Below, one piece after another: positions 9,371 to 19,401 of a stretch of 64,000 bases of DNA. The position numbers and the translations under genes were made by a program. Source of the stretch: an uncultured Chloroflexia bacterium (GTDB lineage: Bacteria; Chloroflexota; Limnocylindria; Limnocylindrales; CSP1-4); assembly GCA_963734535.1 (NCBI GenBank), contig CAVTHS010000008.1:489155-553154 (forward strand), written 5' to 3'. Under the pieces are notes generated by a model. It made no database searches. It was not told where the DNA came from and saw only the letters and a program-made list of their open reading frames with translations. Numbering within the stretch: the stretch's first letter is position 1; the number at the start of each line of letters is the position of its first letter.

Positions 9371-10150
9371 ATGGACGGACGCGTGAAATCACCCCCTATC
9401 GAAGCCCGCCGAGCCCTGCTGCTCCACGATCGCCCGCTGATGGTGAATCTCATCACCCTGACGCTGAACCACGGCGTGTTCGACGTCCGGGCCGCGAGCA
9501 GTTTCGCCGAGGCGAAGGCGATCATGGCGGAGTGGCGCCCGAACATCTCCCTGATCGACATGGACCACGACGACAGCACGGCGCTCCTCAAGCTCCTGGG
9601 CGCCTCCAACGCGATGCGGAGAATCGGGACGCCGGTCCTCGGGCTGACCACGAGGGGCGACCTCAGGACGAAGCTCGCAGCGTTCGACCTCGGCGTCGAC
9701 GACATCCTGGCAATACCCTTCTCGCCCGAAGAGCTGCTCGCGCGCACCATCGTGATCACGAGGAGGTCGTTGGGCGTCGACCTGCCGCTCATTCCCGTCA
9801 TCCGGCTCGGCGAGATCGACGTCGACATCGTCAACCGCGAGGTGCGCGCGGGCACCTCGGTCGTGCAGCTGACACCGATCGAGCAGAGCCTGCTCTACCT
9901 CCTGGCCAGCTGCGGTGGTCGCGTCGTGACGCACGAGGAGATCCTCGACGCGATCTGGGGCACCGACTTCGTGGCCGAGAGCAACATCGTCGACCGCCAC
10001 GTCCGGAGCCTGCGCGTCAAGCTCCATGACGACTACAGGCATCCGCGCTTCATCGCGACGGTCCAGAACAAGGGCTACCGCTTCATCCCAACGTTTTCCG
10101 ACGCCGGGTCGGGTGAGGCGCCGCACGCGAGCGGGCACGCCCGCAACTGA
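9371..10150 (+). CDS. OmpR/PhoB family response regulator (atypical receiver)
   Basis: Receiver plus winged helix (LTPIEQSLL..IWG..SNIVDRHVRSLRVKL..FIATV..GYRF). Confidence 0.9.
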   Translation: MDGRVKSPPIEARRALLLHDRPLMVNLITLTLNHGVFDVRAASSFAEAKAIMAEWRPNISLIDMDHDDSTALLKLLGASNAMRRIGTPVLGLTTRGDLRTKLAAFDLGVDDILAIPFSPEELLARTIVITRRSLGVDLPLIPVIRLGEIDVDIVNREVRAGTSVVQLTPIEQSLLYLLASCGGRVVTHEEILDAIWGTDFVAESNIVDRHVRSLRVKLHDDYRHPRFIATVQNKGYRFIPTFSDAGSGEAPHASGHARN

Positions 10151-10219
10151 GCACCGCCCGCGCCGCGAACCGCCGCCCGGGACCTGCCGCGCGCGTGCGC
10201 TGCCCGGCGGACGAGCCGG

Positions 10220-10783
10220 CTACCTCGCCACGCGGTAGCGGAGGTAGACGACGCTCGAGCCGAAGGTGCGGGTCTCGACGAGCTCGAGATCCACCCGGCG
10301 CTCGCGCTGCGGAAAGAACGGAATGCCACCGCCAACCAGCACCGGGTAGACCATTGCCCGGTACTCGTCGATCAGACCCAACGCGGCAGCCTCGGCGGCC
10401 AGCGTCGCGCCGCCGATCGCGATGTCGCCCTCCCCCGGCTCGGCTCGCAACCGCTCGATCTCCTCCGCCAGGCCGCCGGAGGCCAGGCGGGCATTGCCCT
10501 GCACCGCCGACAGCGTGGTGGAGAACACCACCTTGGGGAGCGGCTTCCAGAGCGCGGCCCACTCGACCTCTGCGTCGTCGAGCGATTGATCCTCGTCGGC
10601 GGTCTCCCAGTACAGCATCGTCTCGTACAGCCGTCGTCCCATCAGGTGGACGCCGACCTCTCGAATCTCGTCGATCCAGAAGCGAAAGACCTCCCCGTCG
10701 GGCACGGTCCAGTCGAAGCCGCCGTCCGGCCCGACGATGTAACCGTCAAGCGAGACGCCCATCGAGTAGGTCACGCTGCGCAT
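10220..10783 (-). CDS. Dihydrofolate reductase/RibD C-terminal family protein
   Basis: Motifs SLDGYI, LMGRRLYE, IGGATLA, IDEYR..YPVLVGGG; SD AAGGAGG. Confidence 0.9.
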   Translation of the reverse strand: MRSVTYSMGVSLDGYIVGPDGGFDWTVPDGEVFRFWIDEIREVGVHLMGRRLYETMLYWETADEDQSLDDAEVEWAALWKPLPKVVFSTTLSAVQGNARLASGGLAEEIERLRAEPGEGDIAIGGATLAAEAAALGLIDEYRAMVYPVLVGGGIPFFPQRERRVDLELVETRTFGSSVVYLRYRVAR

Positions 10784-10938
10784 CGGAGTCCTCCTTGGTG
10801 AGGGTTCGACAATACGACCGCCCGACGCCGCAGCTATGCGGCGGCCGCCTGAGAATCCGGCCGATCTGACCCCACCGGCGGGGCATCCCGTGGCTGAATC
10901 TGCGCAGGCCATTGCCGCGATGGCGCTTGTGCTCGACG

Positions 10939-11262
10939 CTACGGGCCGGCGGTGGGCGCGGGAAGAGTCGTGTCGCGGCGTCCGTCGCTGAACTCGATGA
11001 GCAACCATGCCAGGTCTGCGGGGATGAGATACCAGCCTCCGATGAAGCCGAGCAGGAGCAGGACAGGCAGCAGGAAGGCTGGGAGTCTCATCCGCTCACG
11101 TCGGCCTGCAGGGTGATGCTCTCGCGTGACGATCCACGGGACGATCAGCAGGACGCCCCACAGGACCACGTAGGGCCAGCCAACGAAATTGCCCGCGAGC
11201 ATGGGAAGGCCAAGTCCCGCGACCGCGAGGATCCAGGGAACGGATCGAATGCCAGGTCGCAT
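10939..11262 (-). CDS. Hypothetical membrane protein
   Basis: Several hydrophobic segments; SD-like GAGGTGG. Confidence 0.55.
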   Translation of the reverse strand: MRPGIRSVPWILAVAGLGLPMLAGNFVGWPYVVLWGVLLIVPWIVTREHHPAGRRERMRLPAFLLPVLLLLGFIGGWYLIPADLAWLLIEFSDGRRDTTLPAPTAGP

Positions 11263-11401
11263 AGCCCCACCTCGTCGGCGGTGATCAAACGCGGTCAGTC
11301 AGTCCGGCAGCAGGCAGAGATGTTGGGTGCTGAAGCCAGCATCATTCCGGAGGGTGTCGTCACTCGGATCGAGGCGGTCGATCGCCTGACGGGGAGTCTC
11401 G

Positions 11402-11635
11402 TCAGGGCAGGTGTCGGTTGAACGGGGATCCCGGCCCGACCTCGCGGGCGTTCGGATCAAGCCGATGTGTGTACTCGCGGCTGTAACGCTCGGAGATCGG
11501 CCAACCCGCCGCGCCGATCAGGGCGAGGACCGCGAGATACCAGAACCCCGCGATGACCAGGGCCAGGGCGAACACCACGAGCGTGAGCCCGAACACCCAC
11601 TTCACGCGGACCTTGATCGCAGCCTCCTGGCGCAC
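11402..11635 (-). CDS. Small hypothetical membrane protein
   Basis: Two hydrophobic helices; start uncertain. Confidence 0.5.
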   Translation of the reverse strand: MRQEAAIKVRVKWVFGLTLVVFALALVIAGFWYLAVLALIGAAGWPISERYSREYTHRLDPNAREVGPGSPFNRHLP

Positions 11636-11864
11636 CTGCGCCGTTCGAGCCCATCGATGAGATTCTCGGTCTCCGCTGGCGCGAAGGCAAGCGAAACCGG
11701 CCGCACGGCGAGCGGTTCGGCGGCTGTCCCGGTTCGTTCCTCCAACGCGGTTCCCTCGAGCACTCTACCCCGACTCGTTTGCCGTCAAGGTCAGGGACGT
11801 ACCAACCGGCTCAGACGCAAGAGACGCTTGACATGTGACTATTTCATCACGTATTGTGACGGGC

Positions 11865-12620
11865 ATGGACCCGGTGTTCAAGGCGCTTGCCGATCCCACG
11901 CGGCGGAGCCTGCTCGACGAGCTCTTCCGTGAGGATGGGCAGACCCTGAGCGCGCTCGAAGGGCGCTTCTCGATGTCGCGCTTCGGCGTGATGCGGCACC
12001 TGCGATTGCTCGAGGAGGCGGGCCTGATCGTCACCCGGCGACGCGGCCGCGAGAAGCTTCACTTCCTGAACCCGGTCCCGATCCGGCTCGTCCACGACCG
12101 GTGGGTGAGCAAGTACGCCGAGCCCTGGGCGAGTGCGCTCAGCGACCTCAAGAGCAGATTGGAGCGTCCCATGGAAAAGGTGTTCGAGATCTACATCAAG
12201 ACGACCCCGGAGCGCCTCTGGGAGGCGATCACCGATCCCGAGATCCGGAGCAAGTACAACTTCGGCGCGCGGATCGAGTCCGACTTCACGGTCGGGTCGA
12301 CCATGCGGCAGCTCACGCCGATCGGTGCCGTGCTCGGCGAGGGCGTGAATCTCGAGGTGGACCCGCCGCGCCGGCTCGTCCAGAGCATGGTCGCGCTGTG
12401 GGGCGAGGACGTGAAAGCCGAAGGCACATCACGGATCACGTGGGAGATCCAGCCGATCGCGCCCGACTCGTGCCGGCTGACCGTAACCCATGACCAGCTG
12501 CGCGAGGGCGCCAACGAGCAGCTCTACGGCGGCTGGCCGATGATCCTCTCGGGCCTGAAGACGTGGCTCGAGTCCGGCGAGCTTCTCACCACGCCGGGGT
12601 CGCTTCTGTACGCCGGCTGA
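11865..12620 (+). CDS. ArsR/SmtB HTH fused to SRPBCC (AHSA1-like) domain
   Basis: VFKALADPTRRSLLD HTH; IYIKTTPERLWEAITDP and GWPMILSGLKT SRPBCC motifs; AT-rich imperfect palindrome upstream. Confidence 0.9.
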   Translation: MDPVFKALADPTRRSLLDELFREDGQTLSALEGRFSMSRFGVMRHLRLLEEAGLIVTRRRGREKLHFLNPVPIRLVHDRWVSKYAEPWASALSDLKSRLERPMEKVFEIYIKTTPERLWEAITDPEIRSKYNFGARIESDFTVGSTMRQLTPIGAVLGEGVNLEVDPPRRLVQSMVALWGEDVKAEGTSRITWEIQPIAPDSCRLTVTHDQLREGANEQLYGGWPMILSGLKTWLESGELLTTPGSLLYAG

Positions 12621-12675
12621 GCCGGCAACCGCCGCGGGCGCGCCGTTCGGCACCGCCGCGTAGTGCAGACGTGGC

Positions 12676-13299
12676 TCAGCTGCCCGCCGGCGGTGCCGTC
12701 CCGGGTTCCACCATGACGAGGTCATACGAACCATCGGCGTACTGCCGGACGATCGTGACCCGCGCCGAGCCGGTCACCTTCGGACCGTGGTCGTCCCACT
12801 CCACCGATTGCTCGCCGGCATCGGCGAGGATCCTCCGGCAGTCCGCAGCGGTGATCGTCCCCTCGACCTTCCCGCGCCGCCCCATCCACGAGCGGACCGC
12901 GCGGACTGCCTGGATCGCCCCGATGACCTGGATCACGAACTGGACCGGGTCGGACCGGAGGACCTGCTCGGTGGCCCCGATCGCCTGGACCAGGAGGTCG
13001 AGCGAGCCCGGGCTCGCGTCCACCACGCGGAATCCCGCCTCGCCGATCCGGAGCGGCCGCGGGCGGTCGTCCGCCTGGTCGGCGCCACGCCCCGTCTCGC
13101 GCCGCGCCTCCCGGTCGAACTCGATCAGCCGGTAGCCCACCTCCGAGAGCAGCGGCGGATCGAACTCCCAGAACAGGTACGTCTCCGCCGGGCCCTGATC
13201 ACGCATCGCGCGATCGAGCTGCGCCGCCCGGGCGAGCAGGGCGTCGGCAACGCGGCTCGGCTGCCGCGGCCGCTCGTCGCCGGTCACCGCTTCGCCCAA
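12676..13299 (-). CDS. Hypothetical protein
   Basis: Coding-like composition; probable GTG start near 13287. Confidence 0.55.
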   Translation of the reverse strand: MGEAVTGDERPRQPSRVADALLARAAQLDRAMRDQGPAETYLFWEFDPPLLSEVGYRLIEFDREARRETGRGADQADDRPRPLRIGEAGFRVVDASPGSLDLLVQAIGATEQVLRSDPVQFVIQVIGAIQAVRAVRSWMGRRGKVEGTITAADCRRILADAGEQSVEWDDHGPKVTGSARVTIVRQYADGSYDLVMVEPGTAPPAGS

Positions 13300-13430
13300 T
13301 TGTCATCGCGCGCGGTGCTGGCCGCGAGCGCCGCCGCGATCTCGAGTCCCGGCGCCACCGACCCGCTGTCACCCGCGAGCACCTGGTGGTGCCCCGGTGC
13401 GACGTAGCTGATCCGCTGCTTGCCCGTCAC
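13284..13430 (-). CDS. Possible small protein (48 aa)
   Basis: SD GGGGAGG before GTG; stop overlaps the start of the next gene (GTGA). Confidence 0.3.
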   Translation of the reverse strand: MTGKQRISYVAPGHHQVLAGDSGSVAPGLEIAAALAASTARDDNWAKR

Positions 13431-13508
13431 TGGTGCCTCCCCGATTCGCCTGGTCGCGGCGTGGGCGCCATCGTAAGATCGTCGGGCCCGGGGAGCGAGG
13501 AGGAATTC

Positions 13509-14372
13509 ATCGCACGCATCGCCGTCGTCACCGATTCCACTGCCGACCTGGCGCCCGCTGCCGCTGCGGCCGCCGGGATCCGGGTGGTGCCGCTGTTCGT
13601 GCGCTTCGGGACCGACGAGCTCCGGGTCGGGGTGGACATCACCACGGAGCAGTTCTGGGCACGGATGCTCGCGCCCGGAGCTCCCTTCCCGGCGACCGCG
13701 GCGCCGTCCCCGGGCACCTTCGGGGAGACGTTCGAAGCGTGCTTCGCGGAGGGCGCCGAGGCGATCATCTGCCCCACGATCGGCTCGAAGCTGTCGGCCA
13801 CGTTCCAGAGCGCAACGCTGGCCGCCCAGGCGCTTCCGGATCGCGAGATCCACGTCATCGACACCGGATCGACGTCGATGTCCACCGGGATCCCGGCGCT
13901 GCTCGCGGTCGAGATGGCGGCGGCCGGCGCGTCGGGAGCCGAGATCGCAGCGCGCGTCCGCGACCGCCTTCCCGATGTCGACCTCTACGTCGCCGTCGAC
14001 ACGCTCGACTATCTCCGGAAGGGCGGCCGTCTCTCGCCGGCACGCGCCGCCATCGGCACGCTCCTTTCGGTCAAGCCGATCATCACCGTGATCGACGGGC
14101 TCGTGGTGATGGCCGAGCGGCCGCGGACCCGGGCCAGGGCCCGCGAACGCGTCGTGGAGCTCATCACCGCAGCGCCGATCGAGCGGATCGCCTTCCTCCA
14201 CACGTCGACCAGCACGCCGGACGAGATCCGGGCGTTCTGCGACCGGGTCCTCGCGCGGATTCCCGGCGGCGTCGACCCGGACCGCATCTCCGCCGGCCTG
14301 ATCGGGGCGTCAACCGGTCCGCATCTCGGGCCGGACCTCATGGGCGCCGCGTTCCTTCGTCGGCGAACGTAG
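13509..14372 (+). CDS. DegV family fatty-acid-binding protein
   Basis: Motifs IAVVTDSTADL, SKLSATFQSA, VIDT.S, TLDYLRKGGR, KPII, HLGP; SD GAGGAGG precedes an ATC codon. Confidence 0.9.
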   Translation: MARIAVVTDSTADLAPAAAAAAGIRVVPLFVRFGTDELRVGVDITTEQFWARMLAPGAPFPATAAPSPGTFGETFEACFAEGAEAIICPTIGSKLSATFQSATLAAQALPDREIHVIDTGSTSMSTGIPALLAVEMAAAGASGAEIAARVRDRLPDVDLYVAVDTLDYLRKGGRLSPARAAIGTLLSVKPIITVIDGLVVMAERPRTRARARERVVELITAAPIERIAFLHTSTSTPDEIRAFCDRVLARIPGGVDPDRISAGLIGASTGPHLGPDLMGAAFLRRRT

Positions 14373-14414
14373 CCGTCCGGGGGCGCCGCCGCGAAGGAAG
14401 CAGGGGAGGTGATG

Positions 14415-14460
14415 CGTCCGGGTCGGCGAAACGTCCGGGGTCGGCGAAACGTCCGGGGTC
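14415..14460. repeat. Short tandem repeat (about 18 nt, 2.5 copies)
   Basis: CGTCCGGGGTCGGCGAAA repeated between convergent genes. Confidence 0.7.
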
Positions 14461-14463
14461 TGC

Positions 14464-14856
14464 CTAGCCGGCGCCGGGAACCGGTCCCTCGCGGAGGCCG
14501 AACACATTGCCGTCCGGGTCCGCGAACCAGGCTCCGCGAGCCGGACCGATCTGGGCGATGAAGTTGACCGTCTTCGGCGTCTCGTATTCCTCGAAGGTGA
14601 CGCCGCGCGAGGTCAGGTCGCCGATGATCGCCTCGAGGTCGTCGACCTCGAAGTGGGCCACCGTCTGGCCGGCGTTCGGCTGGCCGCGCCTGACGCCGAT
14701 CTGCGACCCCTTCCCTGCGCCAAGGCGGAAGGAGAACGGCGTGTCCTCGAGCAGAGGCAGGCCCACCTGCTCCGTGAAGAATTGCTTCGCGCGGTCAAGG
14801 TCGGTCACGGCGACGGTTGGAACCACGAGTGAGTCGGTAAGCACGGTGTCTTTCAC
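14464..14856 (-). CDS. VOC/glyoxalase family protein
   Basis: Motifs VTDLDRAKQFF, FEVDDL, AWFADPDGN. Confidence 0.9.
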   Translation of the reverse strand: MKDTVLTDSLVVPTVAVTDLDRAKQFFTEQVGLPLLEDTPFSFRLGAGKGSQIGVRRGQPNAGQTVAHFEVDDLEAIIGDLTSRGVTFEEYETPKTVNFIAQIGPARGAWFADPDGNVFGLREGPVPGAG

Positions 14857-14901
14857 CTCGGGAAGATGCGAGCCTTCAGCAGGCGGCGTGGGTCTCGCGG
14901 C

Positions 14902-15195
14902 CTAGCCTGTCCGGGCCACGATCGACGCCATCGCGTCTGCGTCGAAGGCGCGCATCGTGGTCGTCCGGAGGTTGCCGGCCGAGCCGAGCGCGAGCGCGAA
15001 CGCCGTCGCCGATTCCTCGTCCGGGAACTCCGTGACGGAGACCAGGTCGTACGGCCCGATGGTCCACCAGATCGACTCGATGCGGCCGCCGAACTTCGCG
15101 GCCAGCCCGTTTGCTGCGCTGGCCCTCGCGACCGTGTCCTTGTAGTCCTTGATCCCCTTCTCGGTCCAGTTGATCAGCGAGACATACCTGGCCAT
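14902..15195 (-). CDS. GYD domain protein
   Basis: Motifs WTEKGIKD, TIGPYDLV, GNLRTTTMRAF. Confidence 0.9.
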   Translation of the reverse strand: MARYVSLINWTEKGIKDYKDTVARASAANGLAAKFGGRIESIWWTIGPYDLVSVTEFPDEESATAFALALGSAGNLRTTTMRAFDADAMASIVARTG

Positions 15196-15310
15196 GATCG
15201 GGACCCCCCACTGGCGCCGTCAGAGGGACGCGGCGCGCTCGCGAGATCCTGCGCGAACGCGACCCCGAAGTCCAGCGGGTGATCCACCACGCGCTGTCGC
15301 TCGATCGGCG

Positions 15311-16981
15311 TCAGCGCTTCGATTGCCCGCCCCAGTGGGACCCGCCCGTCGTGTCGAGCCGCACGACCCACGTCGCGTTCGCGACGTCGTGGAGGAGCGG
15401 CACCAGGAGGACCGTCCCGGCCACCGAGGGGGTGTCGATCTCGTATCCGGCGAACGACGATGCCGGGAGGTCGCCGCCGCTGTGAAGGACGACCTGGCCG
15501 ACGGGGGGCCCACTCTGCCCGGGATCGAACCGCGTCGGGTCGGTCGCGACGAGCCGCGTCAGGGGCACATCGAGGTCGAGGGCGAGCCGCGCACGGATGT
15601 TGCCGGGCACCGAGAAGATGTCCGGTCGCTCGCGGTCGCCGAGCGGCGCGGTCCCCGGCCAATCGCGCGCCGAGAGGAAGCCCGCGAGCTCGTGCCGCAG
15701 CACCGGCTCCGCGATGTCCGCCGATCGGGCCAGTGCCTGGAACCGCGCGAGCGTCGCCTGGGTCGGCGCGTCGAGGGGGCCGAGCGTCGGTGACCCGATG
15801 AGGGCCGCGCCGGCACCGACCACCACCAGGGCGCACGCTGCGATGACCCGGGCCGTGAAGCCCCGGCCCGGGACGAGCGCCGCTCGGTGTGCCCGGGCGT
15901 CCGTGCGCCCCCGACGGTCCCACCATCGCCGCAGCCCAGCACCGGCGAGCGACGCGAGCGAGCCGATCCCGATGGCCGCCGCGACGAGGATGACGGCCTG
16001 GATCGGAAGGAGGTAGCGCGGATCCGCGAATCGCCCGCTCGCGGCGATGGCGATGAGGAACACCCCCATGCCCGGGCCGAGCGCGACGAGCGCGACGAGG
16101 ATCGGCCACGCCCGTCGACGGATGAGAGCGACGACGCCGACCACGGCGAGGACGGACAGGATGGGCAGCCCCAGCGGGACGCCGATCACCTGCCGCGCGG
16201 CGCTCCACGCATCCGGGAGCGCGCCGGCTCGCGCCAGCGCATCGCCATAGGCCGCCGAGACACGCGCCCAGTAGAGCGGGTCGCCGGTCAGCAGGGCGTC
16301 GTGGACGAGCATCACGGGCAGCGCGAAGAGGCCGATCCCGATCCGCCAGGATCCGGGTGGAACGGCTGCGCGCAGCCGGGCTCGACCGGCGGACCAATTC
16401 CGAGGCCAGCCCAGGCCGTCGCGGCTGGCCAGCCAGCGAACGAGGACCGCGCCCAGGGCGAGCCCGATGAGCAGCACCGTCTCGAGCCGGGCGAGGGTGG
16501 CGAGGCCGAGCAGGAGCCCGGCGAGGCCCCAGCGCGGTCGGGGTGCGAGCACCGCGAGCGCCGCCGCGAACCAGAGGCCGAGCGCCCACGGGCTCGCGAG
16601 GCCCCACGCCGTCTCGAGGAGGAGCGCGGGCGACGTGACGAGGAGGGCGCCCATGGCGGCACCACCCGCGATCCCGGCGAAGCGCGCTGCGAGCGCGGTC
16701 CCCAGCCCGACTGCGCTCGCCCAGGCGAGGATCGAGACGATGGATACCAGCAGCCACCCGCCGGCCGCGTGGGCGAGGCCGAGCGCGAGCGTCAGGAGCG
16801 GCTTCGGTGTCGTACCGAGGCCTCCCTCGAGATGGCGTCCGCTGACGAGGCGATCGAAATGGAGCACGGATGCGAACGTGTCATAGGCGAGCGGCGGCCC
16901 GAGCGTCGGCCGGATAGCGGCCAGCGCGACGACGACGGCGACGCCCGCTGCGCCGATCGCGAGCAGGTGGCTCGTCCGCAT
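15311..16981 (-). CDS. Polytopic membrane protein, possibly GT-C fold glycosyltransferase-like
   Basis: About 12 hydrophobic segments; YD, TPKPL, RLE, RYLLP motifs. Confidence 0.6.
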   Translation of the reverse strand: MRTSHLLAIGAAGVAVVVALAAIRPTLGPPLAYDTFASVLHFDRLVSGRHLEGGLGTTPKPLLTLALGLAHAAGGWLLVSIVSILAWASAVGLGTALAARFAGIAGGAAMGALLVTSPALLLETAWGLASPWALGLWFAAALAVLAPRPRWGLAGLLLGLATLARLETVLLIGLALGAVLVRWLASRDGLGWPRNWSAGRARLRAAVPPGSWRIGIGLFALPVMLVHDALLTGDPLYWARVSAAYGDALARAGALPDAWSAARQVIGVPLGLPILSVLAVVGVVALIRRRAWPILVALVALGPGMGVFLIAIAASGRFADPRYLLPIQAVILVAAAIGIGSLASLAGAGLRRWWDRRGRTDARAHRAALVPGRGFTARVIAACALVVVGAGAALIGSPTLGPLDAPTQATLARFQALARSADIAEPVLRHELAGFLSARDWPGTAPLGDRERPDIFSVPGNIRARLALDLDVPLTRLVATDPTRFDPGQSGPPVGQVVLHSGGDLPASSFAGYEIDTPSVAGTVLLVPLLHDVANATWVVRLDTTGGSHWGGQSKR

Positions 16982-17394
16982 GACGCTCGGGACGGCAATC
17001 CCGAAGCCGACGCGGAATGGGGCGAAGCGGCGCTCGAAGCTCGACAGGACGATCACCCGCGCTGAGGTTGGAGGAGGTGCAGGGGCGGACCTCGGGCCGC
17101 CAGCCGCTCTGACCGGCTCCTCCCCGCCAATCGGCCCGGCGCAGTTCCGGCGGTCCCGGCAGGCCGCGTCAAAGCCTACCGCGTGGCGACTCCGGTCGTG
17201 CGACTGGCGGTCTCACGATCGGAACCGCGTCGGCAGCTCGGCGCTGGACCGGGCAACCCGGGCCGTGCGAAGCACGGGCGTCATGGTGAAGGCGCGAGCG
17301 CTTCGCCAGGCTCAGCGCACGCCTGGAACCCCGGCCTGACAGCAATGGGGCGCGGAATGGGCCCTGCGCCGGCTGCCGCGCCCGACAGTGAGCA

Positions 17395-17814
17395 TCAGCC
17401 GGCCCGCGTCACATCCTCCTTCAGCTCCAGGACCAGCTGCATCAGTCGATCCACGGATGGGTCGAGGAGGTCGTGGAGCACGGGGTCGACGTCGCCGAGC
17501 CCCCCCAGTCGCTCGACACGGACATCGCCGAGGCCTTCCCAGGTGATGCCCAGCAGCCCGCTGATCCTTCGCGCCGCGTCCTGCTCCTCGCTCTGGAGGT
17601 GGAACGTGTCGGCCACTCGGGCGATTTCCGCCCGAATCTCGTCGATCAACGCCTCCATCCGGACCCGCTGCTCGGCAGAGAACGGCGCGCGATCGCGACG
17701 ATAGAGACGCCCGAAAGCGTCTTCATCCATCAGGCGGCGCACCGTCGCAAGGCGCTCCTCGAGCAGCCGCAACCTGATCGTTACGGCCCGCTCCTGGCCG
17801 GGGTTGAGGTTCAT
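17395..17814 (-). CDS. Helical hypothetical protein resembling the N-terminal domain of some bacterial dynamin-like proteins
   Basis: MNLNPGQER...AEQR..IDEIRAEI...ERLGGLGDV; last gene of the MutS-like operon. Confidence 0.6.
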   Translation of the reverse strand: MNLNPGQERAVTIRLRLLEERLATVRRLMDEDAFGRLYRRDRAPFSAEQRVRMEALIDEIRAEIARVADTFHLQSEEQDAARRISGLLGITWEGLGDVRVERLGGLGDVDPVLHDLLDPSVDRLMQLVLELKEDVTRAG

Positions 17815-17872
17815 GCGACGCCAATGGTCGCGGGCGCAAGGCCGTGGCCCGGGCCTGCATCTCGCAACGCGC

Positions 17873-19401
17873 TCACGCGGCCTCGCCGGAGTCGGCGCTG
17901 TCAAGTCCGTCGTGGCCGAAGACCCGGCGGTAGACGTCCCGCCCGAAGCTCGTCGGCAGCGGCGGCGCTTCGCGGAGCAGGAACGGCCGCTCGCCGTCCG
18001 TCCCTCGTTCCGCCCGGAGGAAGAGAGCGTCGGGCATCCCGAGTTGATGGAAGGTCTCGGCGAGGTCGTAGAGGTGGGTGACATAGGCGACCTTCACCCC
18101 GTGCTCGAGGAGCGCGAGCACGATTCCTCGGGCGATCTGCGAGCCTTCGCGCTCGTTTGTCGCCGAGAGCGACTCGTTGAGGAGGACGAGGCTCCGGCCG
18201 CTCACGTGATCGATGACCTCGCTCATCCGCGCGAGCTCCTCGTCGAGCTTGCCTCGCTCCAGCGTCGGGTCCTCCTCCCGCCGGAAGTGGGTCAGCACCG
18301 CGTCCCGGACATCCGCGCGATACGCGTCGGCGGCAACGAACATCCCCGCCTGCATCATGAGCTGCGCGATCCCGATGGCGCGCAGGAGCGTGGACTTTCC
18401 TCCCCCATTGGCGCCCGTGATGACCAGGAGTGCCTTGCCATCCCCAGCAACGTCGTTCCCGATCGCACGTCCGTCGATCCTGAGGCTGAGGGCCGGGTCG
18501 TAGAGCCCGCGGGCTGTGAGCGTCGCCGACCCCACGGCGGGCGGGCCAGGGAAGCACAGGGGCTCACCCTTCGCGGCGAGCACTGCGTGGAGGTTGAGAC
18601 AGCCAACGTAGAAGGCGAGCTCGGTCCGAAGCTGCTCGAAGAACCTGTGGACGTGCTCGGTCGACTCGGCGAGCGCCGCCGCTGCCGATGCGAGCCCCGC
18701 ATCGCGGATCTCGCTGAGCGTGTGCATCCCGGCGTCGTCGCGCGCGACCGACCTCGTAGGCGAAGCTGCGCCGCTCCTCGAGCCCGATCCACTCGCGCCA
18801 GGTCCGGCCGTCGCGGTGCCGCCGCCGCAGCACGAGGTCGGCCGCCCGCCCTTCCGGTCCGAGACGTGCGCTCACGAGCACCCCGCGTTCGATCGCTGAG
18901 CCGTTTCACGTGCTGCTCGACGGATCGAAGGTACGTGTCGTCAAGCTCTGCTTCGACGGTCTCGAAGAAGCGGCGGAACCCCTCCGACGAGAATCGGGCG
19001 GCATGCGCCGCGGAGATCGCGCGCAGCCGTCGAAACGACCCGAGGTAGACGACGAGGGCCGCCACGGACCGGTGGACCACGGCGTCCGGGGAGCGCAGCC
19101 CGTAGCCCCAGACCTTGCGACGCTCGCCTTCCTGCGTCTCGAGCGTGAGCTGGTAGAGCTCCCGGATGACCGCCTCCTCGGCGAGCGCGTCGCGGAGCAC
19201 GTCCTGCCGGTACGCGATCGAGGCGGGATCACCGGGCGCGGCGAGCAGGATGTCCCGCGCCACTTCCGCCAGGAGGCCGTCGCGCCCCGCCATCGCGCCG
19301 ATGACCGTCTCGAGCTCGAGGTCGGCAATGACGGATGCGAGATGGGCGGCCGGCCGCGCGAGGACGAGGTCGCCGTCGCGGGCGGTCAGGTGCGGCCTCA
19401 C
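17873..19401 (-). pseudogene. MutS-like ATPase B (domain V only), two frameshifts near 18890 and 18745
   Basis: Three consecutive frames join into one protein; Walker A GANGGGKST, THFRREED, GKLDEEL, LNESLSAT, VTHLY; start overlaps stop of gene A (GTGA). Confidence 0.8.

Noticed and set aside
17192-17330. ZTP (pfl) riboswitch-like words GGTCGTGCGACTGGCG ... CGCACGCCTGG
   Set aside because: P2 and the GCC...GGGC 3' hairpin are missing, and there is no downstream plus-strand gene to regulate
17873-19401. Programmed ribosomal frameshifting in mutS-like B
   Set aside because: No slippery heptamer seen, two shifts would be needed, and other genes show similar indels
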